DNA of 58,954 bases from contig VGSH01000002.1 in assembly GCA_016875025.1 (NCBI GenBank), positions 1 to 58,954 on the forward strand, read 5' to 3'. This DNA is from Deltaproteobacteria bacterium. Its GTDB lineage: Bacteria; Desulfobacterota; WTBG01; CAIYCZ01; CAIRTM01. The notes beneath the pieces are model-generated. The model did no database searches and was not told the DNA's origin. It was given only the letters and a program-made list of their open reading frames with translations. Below, one piece after another: positions 26,915 through 35,219 of this stretch (positions are counted from its first letter, which is position 1; each line of letters begins with the position of its first letter). Position numbers and translations under genes: made by a program.

Positions 26915-28759
26915 TCACACTTTGCCCTTATTGCCAGCTGCGTCCTGTGCGTGCAGGGCATCGAAAACGGTGCGTGCGCGTTTGGCGCTGAGGCCGGGCA
27001 CAGCACAAATCTGCGCGGGATCGGCTGAGCGCACGCGCTCAAGGCTGCCGAAATGCCTGAGCAGTGCCTGCACGGTTTTAGGGCCGATGCCGGGAATTGC
27101 GGCCAGTTCAGAGCTGAAATCCTTTGTGCGCTTGACGCGGCGGTGGAAGCTCACGGCACAGCGGTGGGCCTCATCACGGATGCGCTGCAGCAGAAACAGC
27201 GCCTGTGAGTTGTGCGGAAACGTAACCGGGTTTTTGCGGTTGGGGATAAATACCTTTTCAGTCTGGTCGCGCTTGGCCCGGTCGCGCTCAGGTCCCTTGG
27301 CCAGTGAAGCCGCGTCAATGCTTTCGCAGCCGGCTTCCTGCAGCACGCGCAGCAGAATGGCCAACTGGCCTTTGCCGCCGTCAACCATGAACAAATCGGG
27401 GGGCGTCTCGGCGCCGTGAGTATGCCCGAGGTAGCGCTGCAGCACTTCATACATCATGGCGTAATCATCCGGCTGGTGAACGTTTTTAATACGAAAGGTG
27501 CGATAGGCTTTTTTCTGAGGCAGGCCGTCTTCAAACACGACAATCGAGCCGACCGCATCGGTGCCCATGATGTTTGAAATGTCACAGCAGGCAATGCGGT
27601 GAGGATGCCGCTGCAGGTGCAGCCGTCCGCGCAGCTCTTCAAGCGCGTCGCTGCTTTCGCCCCGGTTCTTCTGCAGGGCGATTTCGGCATTTCGGGCGGC
27701 CATGGCGATCAGGTCTTTTTTGCTGCCGCGCTGTGGATAGAGCACGCGCACAGCAGTACCCGTGAGTCCCCGCAGCCAGTGTTCCAGCAGCGCGGTATCG
27801 TGTGTTTTGAACGGCAGCACTACCTCATCAGGGATGAAGGGGTGCTGCTGGTAGTACTGCGATACAAACGAGGCGAGCGCATCCTGATCATCGGCTGCGC
27901 CGCTGCGCACTATACAGTCGCGCGATCCGGTGATGCGCCCTCCGCGCACGAACAGAATTGTCACGGCCATACGGTCGGCCTCGCGGGCGCAGGCAAACAC
28001 GTCGCGGTCAAGCCTGTCATGGCATACCATGACCTGTTTGGCCAGCGTTTGCTCCACAGCGCGCAAACTATCGCGCAGCTGCGCTGCGCGCTCAAAGTGC
28101 ATCTGAGCCGATGCCTCCTGCATTCGAGCCTTCAGATCGGAGAGCACCTCTGCGCTGCGACCGCGCAGAAACAGCTCCACCTGGCGCACGGTTTGAGCGT
28201 ACAGGGCTGGGTCAACGCCTCCGCTGCAGGGCGCCGTGCACTGGCCCAGCTGGTGGTAGACGCAGGGCCGGCCCTGCGCGAGACGGCGGCGATTGCATTT
28301 GCGCAACGGGAACAGGCGGTTAATCACCTTGAGCGTTTCGCGAACCGCGAGCGCTGAGGCAAACGGACCGAAATAGTGTGCGCCGTCTTTGCGCGGACGG
28401 CGCGCAATGGTCAGGTTGGGGTAGGGCTCTTTTATGGCCAGGCGCAGGCAGGGGTAGTCCTTGTCGTCGCGGAATACCACATTGTAGCGCGGCCGGTGCT
28501 GTTTGATCAGTGTGTTTTCGAGAATGAAAGCATCCTGCTCGGTGGGCGTGACGATTGTTTCAAAATCAATAACCCGGGAAACCATTATGCGGGTTTTGGG
28601 GCTGTCGATTGAGGACTGGAAATAGGTGCGCACGCGGTTGCGCAGGTTCTTGGCCTTGCCCACATACAAAACAGAACCCTGGCGGTCCTTCATCAGGTAC
28701 ACGCCAGGGTTGGTGGTCAGGCGGGATGCTTGTTCTGCGAGCTGTTTAATTGTGTCCAT
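26915..28759 (-). CDS. uvrC: Excinuclease ABC subunit C
   Basis: N-terminal GIY-YIG (GVYLMKDRQGSVLYVGKAKNLRNRV), UVR domain, RNase-H-like endonuclease domain, C-terminal (HhH)2. Confidence 0.95.
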   Translation of the reverse strand: MDTIKQLAEQASRLTTNPGVYLMKDRQGSVLYVGKAKNLRNRVRTYFQSSIDSPKTRIMVSRVIDFETIVTPTEQDAFILENTLIKQHRPRYNVVFRDDKDYPCLRLAIKEPYPNLTIARRPRKDGAHYFGPFASALAVRETLKVINRLFPLRKCNRRRLAQGRPCVYHQLGQCTAPCSGGVDPALYAQTVRQVELFLRGRSAEVLSDLKARMQEASAQMHFERAAQLRDSLRAVEQTLAKQVMVCHDRLDRDVFACAREADRMAVTILFVRGGRITGSRDCIVRSGAADDQDALASFVSQYYQQHPFIPDEVVLPFKTHDTALLEHWLRGLTGTAVRVLYPQRGSKKDLIAMAARNAEIALQKNRGESSDALEELRGRLHLQRHPHRIACCDISNIMGTDAVGSIVVFEDGLPQKKAYRTFRIKNVHQPDDYAMMYEVLQRYLGHTHGAETPPDLFMVDGGKGQLAILLRVLQEAGCESIDAASLAKGPERDRAKRDQTEKVFIPNRKNPVTFPHNSQALFLLQRIRDEAHRCAVSFHRRVKRTKDFSSELAAIPGIGPKTVQALLRHFGSLERVRSADPAQICAVPGLSAKRARTVFDALHAQDAAGNKGKV

Positions 28760-28777
28760 GGCGGACGCACATGGTAA

Positions 28778-29422
28778 TCAGCTGAGTGCCGCGATCGCTT
28801 CCTTTACCACGTCTTCGGAGCTGAGCGAGGCGATCGAGCGCAGCATGCCCTTCTGATCATAGTAGTCGATCAGCGGGGAGGTCTGTCGGTTGTAGGTTTC
28901 GAGGCGGTTCAGGATGGCCTCTTCGGTCTCATCGCTGCGCTGAATTACGGGCTGGCCGCATTTGTCGCAGATGCCTTCAACCTTCGTCGGCATGCTCTTA
29001 ACGTTGTAAATCGCCTGACAGGCCGCATTGGAGCAGGTGCGGCGCGTGGTCAGGCGGTCAAGCACCACCTGCTTGGGAATATCGAGATTGATAACCGCGT
29101 CAAGCTTTATGTCCAGCTTGGCAAGCAGCTTGTCAAGCATCTCGGCCTGAGGGATCGTGCGCGGAAAGCCGTCGAAAATAAAGCCGATCCGGCAATCGGG
29201 CTCTTTCAGGCGCTCTTCCACCATGCCCATAATCAGTGAATCGGGCACCAGATCGCCGCGGTCCATGTAGGCCTTGGCTTCTTTGCCGAGAGCGGTGCCG
29301 GCTTTGACCGCGTTGCGCAGGATATCGCCCGTTGAGATATGGGCGGCATTGTCGTGCTGTTTTAGTTTGCCGGAGACGGTTCCTTTGCCGGCGCCGGGCG
29401 GGCCTAATAGAATAATACGCAT
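28778..29422 (-). CDS. adk: Adenylate kinase
   Basis: GPPGAGKGT P-loop. Zn-type LID with CSNAAC...CDKCG. Confidence 0.95.
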   Translation of the reverse strand: MRIILLGPPGAGKGTVSGKLKQHDNAAHISTGDILRNAVKAGTALGKEAKAYMDRGDLVPDSLIMGMVEERLKEPDCRIGFIFDGFPRTIPQAEMLDKLLAKLDIKLDAVINLDIPKQVVLDRLTTRRTCSNAACQAIYNVKSMPTKVEGICDKCGQPVIQRSDETEEAILNRLETYNRQTSPLIDYYDQKGMLRSIASLSSEDVVKEAIAALS

Positions 29423-29501
29423 GGTTCCTCCTTGGATGTTCGGTTATTACTGCAGAAACTGATCATATCAGTTTGGTAACAAGGTGTTTACAGGATTTTC
29501 T

Positions 29502-29529
29502 ATTATAGGGGCTGCTGTCTTGAATGCAA
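29502..29529 (-). promoter_or_regulatory. sigma70-like promoter for adk-uvrC
   Basis: Minus strand: TTGCAT (29529-29524), 16-nt spacer, TATAAT (29507-29502). Confidence 0.5.
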
Positions 29530-29650
29530 GATTTTTTTAGGCGCCGTGCAGTGAGGGGCAGCCGGACAGCTGCGGATGCCATCGGTATGTGCGGTGTTCA
29601 GACTACACCTGTCGGAAGAGCGCATATCAATATGCCTAAAGCGTGGGCAT

Positions 29651-29694
29651 AAACAACCGCCCCCGGTGTACACTCCCGGCGGGGGCAGTTGTTT
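29651..29694 (-). terminator. Long GC hairpin downstream of 29710-30231 (probable terminator)
   Basis: AAACAACTGCCCCCGCCGG / CCGGGGGCGGTTGTTT, about 16 bp of stem. No long U run, so the assignment is tentative. Confidence 0.45.
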
Positions 29695-29709
29695 CCATGA
29701 CGGTTAGTG

Positions 29710-30231
29710 CTATGATGGGTCAGGCGTTTTGTCTTCCTGGCTTCTGCCAAAGTCGTCGCCCTGCAGGTCAATGAATACAAATCCAGTGATGAAATCAAGG
29801 ATTTCAAAAAAACCGATGCCGATATTCACACCTGCGATCAGGGGCTGTGCTTCCAGGCCCACCTCGAGGGGGTCGTAATATGGCGAACCTTCGCTGGCGT
29901 CGACAAGACTTACCTGCGCGCCGGCACGGTTATCAAACCCCAGCGGCCAGGGGATTTCTTTCTCACCGCGGGGGCCGCGCAGCCCGACGTAAAGACTGCT
30001 GTGTACACCAGCGTAGCCTGAAAGTAATTCTGTGGCTCGCACACCGGCGGATATGCCGGGTCCGACTCGTAAACGAAAACGAACAATATCAAGCAGGTCA
30101 AACACCCGGTTGGGGATATAACAAACAATGCTTGTGATGACGCCTGCTTCTGCACGGGCAGGACGCCCCATCTGGGCAAGGGTGCACAAAATGGTAAGTA
30201 ACATGATCAAGACAATACATGGTTTTTTCAT
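29710..30231 (-). CDS. Hypothetical secreted protein
   Basis: Signal peptide MKKPCIVLIMLLTILCTLAQ. Gly-rich beta-like body. Confidence 0.55.
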   Translation of the reverse strand: MKKPCIVLIMLLTILCTLAQMGRPARAEAGVITSIVCYIPNRVFDLLDIVRFRLRVGPGISAGVRATELLSGYAGVHSSLYVGLRGPRGEKEIPWPLGFDNRAGAQVSLVDASEGSPYYDPLEVGLEAQPLIAGVNIGIGFFEILDFITGFVFIDLQGDDFGRSQEDKTPDPS

Positions 30232-30437
30232 TCTGTCCGTCCTTTCTCAGGCTCGTGGTGATTGTTGGAAATACGCCCATACATGTGTTTTTTGCCGGAG
30301 CATACACCGCGTCAGGCATACGAAGCAAGCATAAAAAACGTTCAGGGAAATGCGGATAAAAAGGTTGCGAGCGATATTGTTTGCGGGTTACAATGGTATC
30401 TATTATACACCATCGGTACATTGAAGGAGTAGCGCGG

Positions 30438-31055
30438 ATGAAAATCATGGCAGTTATCGGCAGCCCCCGCAGGGGCGGCAACACCGAATTTCTGGTTGAG
30501 CGTGTTGCGCAGGGTGCTGCAAGCTGTACGGATATTGAGCTGGACACGCTGTTTGTCGCGGAACACAATATCGGCTACTGCGCCGGGTGCCTGACCTGCA
30601 CCTTTCCGCCGCCGGGCGCCAAAGCATGCCCCCTGCCGGATGACATGCCCGGCATCCTTGAGCGTATGGCCGCCTGCGAGGCTTTTATTTTCGGCACACC
30701 CAATCACATGCGCACCGTGAGCGCGCCGCTGCTGACGTTTTTCTCGCGCCTGCTGCCCCTCATGGAATTCATCCCTGACATAAATGCCGAAGGCCGTATC
30801 ACCGGCGGCGGTTTCACCTCGCGGCTCAGCGGGCGCAGGGCTGCTATCGTTGTCAGCCAGGGCGACCCGGTGTTTTCATCCGCGCTGGTGCACGCCGTGC
30901 TTGAGCGCAACCTGATCGATCTGGGAATGACGCGGGTGGGTGACGTTATCAGCCGCGGCAACATGGGGCCGCAGGATGTGCGCGCCAAAGCCGATGACCT
31001 GAAGGAGGCTTTCCAGCTTGGCGTTAATCTGGTTACCATGACCGGCATGCGCTGA
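30438..31055 (+). CDS. Iron-sulfur flavoprotein / NADPH-dependent FMN reductase family
   Basis: GAAGGAG SD. MKIMAVIGSPRRGGNT flavodoxin-like start. Compact Cys cluster GYCAGCLTC...KAC typical of Isf proteins. Confidence 0.75.
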   Translation: MKIMAVIGSPRRGGNTEFLVERVAQGAASCTDIELDTLFVAEHNIGYCAGCLTCTFPPPGAKACPLPDDMPGILERMAACEAFIFGTPNHMRTVSAPLLTFFSRLLPLMEFIPDINAEGRITGGGFTSRLSGRRAAIVVSQGDPVFSSALVHAVLERNLIDLGMTRVGDVISRGNMGPQDVRAKADDLKEAFQLGVNLVTMTGMR

Positions 31056-31105
31056 GTGCTGCCGGTGCAGCATGGCACATCCGCTGTGCGTTGAAGGAGG
31101 AACGA

Positions 31106-31783
31106 ATGGATCAGCTTAAAGACACAATGCTTGCCATGATTCAGCAGCGCTATCCCCTTGAACCGACATTCGTACCGGAGGATTTGCGTTCTATCCGGCT
31201 TCCGCTCGGGTTTATGACGCTGCAGCTTGACAACTGGCGCGCTTCCAAGGTGCGCAAAGTCAATGTTATGCGCTCAAGCGTCAAGTTTCCTCGCCTTGAA
31301 ATTCTGGCATTGGAGATATACCCGGCGAGCTGTTATGACATACCGCTGCTGGCGATTGACTTTTCCTGCATGAAGAAAAAGTCGTTCATCTACATGAACT
31401 TTATTCCTCTGTTTACGGACAGGCCGTACCTCCAGCGCTATGTCGAGCGGCTGCGCCCCGTGGTGAGCCGCTATGCGATCGGACCTCCTGCAAAACCCAA
31501 GGAGTGGATGCAGCCCTTTCTGACCGACTGCAGCATATACGCCATGGCAGATAACAGCCTGCTTGCAAAGGCTCATGCCTGCGCCCTTGACTGTCTGGGC
31601 TGCTACCTTGACCTGCTCGATGGGGCTGTTCCGGTTGATGAGCCCGGCTATGCGCAGCAGGTCGCCGCGGCAAGCCTGCAGTACTGCGATCAGCTGAGCG
31701 AAAAGGACGGCTCGCGCAAAATGCTCGGCAGGTTTATCGGCATGGACAGGGCAAATCGGATTTTTAATGAGGTGATACGGTAG
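31106..31783 (+). CDS. Ferredoxin-dependent bilin reductase (FDBR/PcyA-HY2 fold)-like protein
   Basis: GAAGGAGG SD. By-eye alignment to PcyA: VRKVNVMRSSVKFPRLEILALEIYPASCYDIPLLAIDFS...IYMNFIP vs [39 protein letters not shown]...AIADLSP. C-terminal LQYCDQLSEKDGSRKMLGRFIGMDRANRIFNEVI vs [34 protein letters not shown]. Confidence 0.65.
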   Translation: MDQLKDTMLAMIQQRYPLEPTFVPEDLRSIRLPLGFMTLQLDNWRASKVRKVNVMRSSVKFPRLEILALEIYPASCYDIPLLAIDFSCMKKKSFIYMNFIPLFTDRPYLQRYVERLRPVVSRYAIGPPAKPKEWMQPFLTDCSIYAMADNSLLAKAHACALDCLGCYLDLLDGAVPVDEPGYAQQVAAASLQYCDQLSEKDGSRKMLGRFIGMDRANRIFNEVIR

Positions 31784-31814
31784 ATGTTTCGGGCGCGCGG
31801 GGTGTCGATGCTTG

Positions 31815-32750
31815 TCAGGATTTATGGGGAGCCGGTGCAACAGGCTCGGGAATCGTGACGCCGTAGAGGTTGTCTGCAGGCGGGGTCCCCCTGCGCTCCA
31901 TTGATACAACACAGGTCTGCGCGCTGGGTCGGCCGCGCCGGTTGAGGGCCACCAGTGATTGAATGATCTCCCGGCTCAGGTAATTATTGTTCGCCAGCTC
32001 AGTGAGTTCTTCAAGGGCGGTGCGATTTTCAAATGATGCGGAGCGGTAGGGCCGGAGCGAGACAAGCGCGTCGTATATATCGCAGGCGGCGATGATTTCC
32101 ACGAGCAGATCACTGAGTTTTTTCCCTGCGGGATATCCCGTTCCGTCCGGACGCTCATGGTGGTCACGGGATATGCGTGCTGCAGGGGCATTCATGTCGC
32201 CGTCGGCCCAGGCCAGCAGCGCGAAGCCGGCCGTCGTATGATGTTCAAGATGCCTGCGCTCCTCTGCGGTAAGGGCCGTGCTTTTGGAAAGAATTGACAA
32301 GGGTATACTTGTTTTCCCCAGATCGTGGCTGGGGCCGGCTGCCATGATCTCCTGTTCGAGGTCAAGGCCGGGTACGGCAAGATGGCGGGCGAGCAGAATT
32401 GACAGCGCAAATACCATAAGCGCGTGACGATAGGTGTAGATGTCTTTCCTCCGGAAATAGTCCAGCGATTCAAGCACGATGGGTTGAACCCTGCGGTTTT
32501 TCATCAGGGCCAGAACTGCATCACGATCGGCAGGATTGGCGTAGATGGCGCTGTAGGGAGGCTGGCTCATCATGTCCAGCATATCATTGAACACGGAGCC
32601 GTGCTTTAAAAGGTACGCATATTCTCCCGCAGGCTGCGGGTGCTGCTTGCGGGCTTCCTGAATGGTTTTTTCAGACAGCTCTGCCCCGGCCGCATATAAC
32701 TCAGTGCCGTCCAGCGTTGTGACCGGATAGTTGAGCATCAATGTCTTCAT
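31815..32750 (-). CDS. HD-GYP domain protein (c-di-GMP phosphodiesterase family)
   Basis: HDLGKTSIP and HHERPDGTGYPAG canonical motifs, ACDIYDALVSLRPYR. About 130 aa of unassigned N-terminal domain. Confidence 0.88.
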   Translation of the reverse strand: MKTLMLNYPVTTLDGTELYAAGAELSEKTIQEARKQHPQPAGEYAYLLKHGSVFNDMLDMMSQPPYSAIYANPADRDAVLALMKNRRVQPIVLESLDYFRRKDIYTYRHALMVFALSILLARHLAVPGLDLEQEIMAAGPSHDLGKTSIPLSILSKSTALTAEERRHLEHHTTAGFALLAWADGDMNAPAARISRDHHERPDGTGYPAGKKLSDLLVEIIAACDIYDALVSLRPYRSASFENRTALEELTELANNNYLSREIIQSLVALNRRGRPSAQTCVVSMERRGTPPADNLYGVTIPEPVAPAPHKS

Positions 32751-33051
32751 GCGTACTCGGCGCCCTCAGCGTGCGAAGTTGACAGTGACAGGTGCAGGTG
32801 TTTTCGCTGGAACTGTTTTTTTAAACCGCAGTATAGGTAAGGCCTTAGTGTGTGTCAAGAAGTATTGCGTGAAGACAGGGACTGCCGGTGCTGTGTTGAT
32901 TCCCGGCATGTAATCGTGCCGGTTGCACTCTACCAATCGCAGCCAGTGCTGATGCCGACTGTATATGCCACTTTGCTGATTATCACGGGGCTATCATCCC
33001 CGGGAACAGTGGATTCCGTTTCACCCGTGCGCTTAGCTGTGTGCGCTCACC

Positions 33052-33081
33052 TTGACACGCGGCGGTAACTTCTATTATATA
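33052..33081 (+). promoter_or_regulatory. Possible sigma70-like promoter far upstream of the TPR gene
   Basis: TTGACA (33052-33057), 18-nt spacer, TATATA (33076-33081). Would give a leader of about 270 nt. Confidence 0.3.
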
Positions 33082-33355
33082 GTGCATCATTGACAGCGCC
33101 GTATACTGTTACAGCCGTTGCCCATTGTGAGGAGCGGCGCGACGTGGCAATCCTGTCTTGTCAGGCAGTGAAAAAGCCGGAGATTCCTTCGCTCCGCCCG
33201 CAATGACTTTTTTGCTGACTTTGTACGACGCAATCAGGATTGGTGTGCGCAACGATTTTGAAACGCCCCGGCCGTCGGGTTTTTCATGCTGGCCCGGCAC
33301 TGTGTCCGGGGCGGGAATGTTCAAGAATGATTTGTGTGCGGCAGGAGGATTGAAT

Positions 33356-33835
33356 ATGCACCCTGCGCCCCTTCAGTCAGGCGAGTCGCCGGAATATGCA
33401 AAGCTGTTGAAAGAAGCCCTTGTATATCTGCAGCGCCGGGAACCGAATATGGCGACTCACGTTCTGAAGCGCGCCCTCGAGGTGAAACCTCGTGATCCGC
33501 TCTGTATGTCCTACCTTGGCTTGTGCATGACAATGGTCAACCGGAATTCGCGCGAAGCGCTCGCGCTGTGCGAGGGGGCCTTGAAAATCGGCTGCTATGA
33601 TGCGGTTTTTTACTGTAATCTCGGGAAAGTGCATCTGTTGCGGGGCAGCCGCCGCAATGCCTATGCCGCCTTTCGCTCAGGCCTGAAAGTTGATCCCCGC
33701 AATCGTGACATACGGCAGGAGCTGCATGCCATGGGTGTCAGGCGGCATGCTGTTTTTGCCTTCCTGCCACGCAGGCATTTTGCCAACCGCATCGGCGGGC
33801 GCATCTGGTATATGCTGCGCCGTCTGTTCGGCTGA
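33356..33835 (+). CDS. TPR repeat protein
   Basis: Start set at ATG 33356 behind AGGAGG. Three to four TPR-like helical pairs (ALVYLQRREPNMATHVLKRALEVKPRDP...). Confidence 0.7.
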   Translation: MHPAPLQSGESPEYAKLLKEALVYLQRREPNMATHVLKRALEVKPRDPLCMSYLGLCMTMVNRNSREALALCEGALKIGCYDAVFYCNLGKVHLLRGSRRNAYAAFRSGLKVDPRNRDIRQELHAMGVRRHAVFAFLPRRHFANRIGGRIWYMLRRLFG

Positions 33836-34061
33836 GTTTTTTGCGCTGCGCACAGGCAGGGGCACGTACGTCCAGAGGGCCTGTTTGCATTGTTTTTGGA
33901 AAGTCCCGCAGCAAAAGATTCTATTGACTAAGTAACCCGTTCCTGACTATACTGCGGCCATCAACTGCAGCAGCCGGGCGTGTTTATGGCAGTCGTTGCG
34001 GACCAGCTGCATTGCTGCAGACATGGAAACGCAGTGGTGAAAAGCACGGGGAGGAAGGTAT

Positions 34062-34547
34062 ATGACAGGCACTGACATCCTTATTCTTGTTATTGCTGTT
34101 GTGTGCGCGCTGGGTGCGATTGGTGCCATAATTTTTTGGATAGTCTACCGGGCTCGCCAACAAAGGGCTTTTAAGCTCGGGATGGGGTGTTTCGATAACC
34201 GTCAGTTTTCTCAGGCGCTGCGTTTTTTCGGACAGGCGGAAATAGACTGGGGAATCAATATTGCGCATAAGACGCCTAAAACAATTTTAAAAGATCTTGA
34301 CCGTCTGGACATGATTGTGACGAAAGTTGCCGAGGCTGCCCGTGAGTGCGGGCATATTGTAGATGCCGGCAATCTGCAGGAAATGATCCGGGCACGCAAG
34401 GAAATCTGGTCGAACAGAAAGTATTTGAAATTCGGATCCCACAGCCTGAAAGCCGCGATACTTGAGCGCGACCGGCAGATCGTGAACAGCATTGAAAAAA
34501 TGCGCTCTCAGCTCCGCAGTATTTATCCGAAACAGCCTGCCGTGTGA
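34062..34547 (+). CDS. Hypothetical single-pass membrane protein
   Basis: GGAGGAAGG SD. TM helix ILILVIAVVCALGAIGAIIFWIVY followed by a helical soluble domain. Confidence 0.6.
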   Translation: MTGTDILILVIAVVCALGAIGAIIFWIVYRARQQRAFKLGMGCFDNRQFSQALRFFGQAEIDWGINIAHKTPKTILKDLDRLDMIVTKVAEAARECGHIVDAGNLQEMIRARKEIWSNRKYLKFGSHSLKAAILERDRQIVNSIEKMRSQLRSIYPKQPAV

Positions 34548-34628
34548 AAATCCGCCTTGCGCGTGCCCGCCACAGCCCGCTTCAGGCAGGGATATCCTGC
34601 CCCGACGTAAAGCGGCTCCGCTTCCGGC

Positions 34629-35015
34629 TCAGTCTTTTATAAGCGATGTGTAGGAGAATGTGACGTATTCCGGATCGATGATGGATTCATCAAAGCGCTG
34701 GAAGGGAAACGTGATAACGTCAAAGCATCCTGCCCCCAGACGCCAGCCGAAATACACTACCCCCATCGGGATTCCTTCAAAAAATCCCCCCAAAACCGCA
34801 AATGGATTGCTGTCGTGCTCCTGCTGGTAGGCTGCCCGGTTGTACATCTGCGCAGGTAGCTCAAGCGGTGAAGTGATGATATTTGTAAGGCCCCTGCCGA
34901 AGCGCTCAAAAGGCCTGACGCTGCGATCAGGTGCTTCATCACTGCCGCACCATGCGGGCGCACACCAGAGCAGTAGGACTGCGATTACACAACCGCGCAT
35001 TATTGCTTTCTGCAT
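34629..35015 (-). CDS. TIGR04073-like (exosortase-system-associated) secreted protein
   Basis: Start set at MQKAIMRGCVIAVLLL (GGAGA SD). FGRGLTNIITSPLELP...GIPMGVVYFGWRLGAGCFDVITFPF...IIDPEY matches the family pattern. Confidence 0.7.
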   Translation of the reverse strand: MQKAIMRGCVIAVLLLWCAPAWCGSDEAPDRSVRPFERFGRGLTNIITSPLELPAQMYNRAAYQQEHDSNPFAVLGGFFEGIPMGVVYFGWRLGAGCFDVITFPFQRFDESIIDPEYVTFSYTSLIKD

Positions 35016-35219
35016 GCTGTGGTCTCCGTTTCTCCGGGGGCTGCGGCTGAAAAGCTTCATCATTCAGGGTTCCGCTCATATATTCGCGGAAAAAGTATAT
35101 GCGCTGCATGCATGCGTGTCAATATATAATATGGCGCCGCAACGCGTCTGTGAAGTCAAGATTGTATGTGTGCTGTGATCGGGGTGTATGCCCTGTCATG
35201 GGCGGAACTGCACAGCAGT

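Noticed and set aside
31071-31088. sigma54 promoter (TGGCACatccgCTGTGC) upstream of the FDBR-like gene
   Set aside because: The -12 element does not match TTGC(A/T) at the required spacing. It also lies inside the end of the preceding Isf gene.
33090-33355. c-di-GMP (GEMM-I) riboswitch in the roughly 270-nt leader of the TPR gene
   Set aside because: Only a loose ACGACGCAATC resemblance to the GACGCAAAGCC block was found. The GGCAAACC block and paired-helix architecture are missing.
33878-33895. RNase P RNA-like GGAAAGTCC motif
   Set aside because: The intergenic space of about 225 nt is too short. The following bases (CGCAGC) do not continue the conserved P4 sequence.
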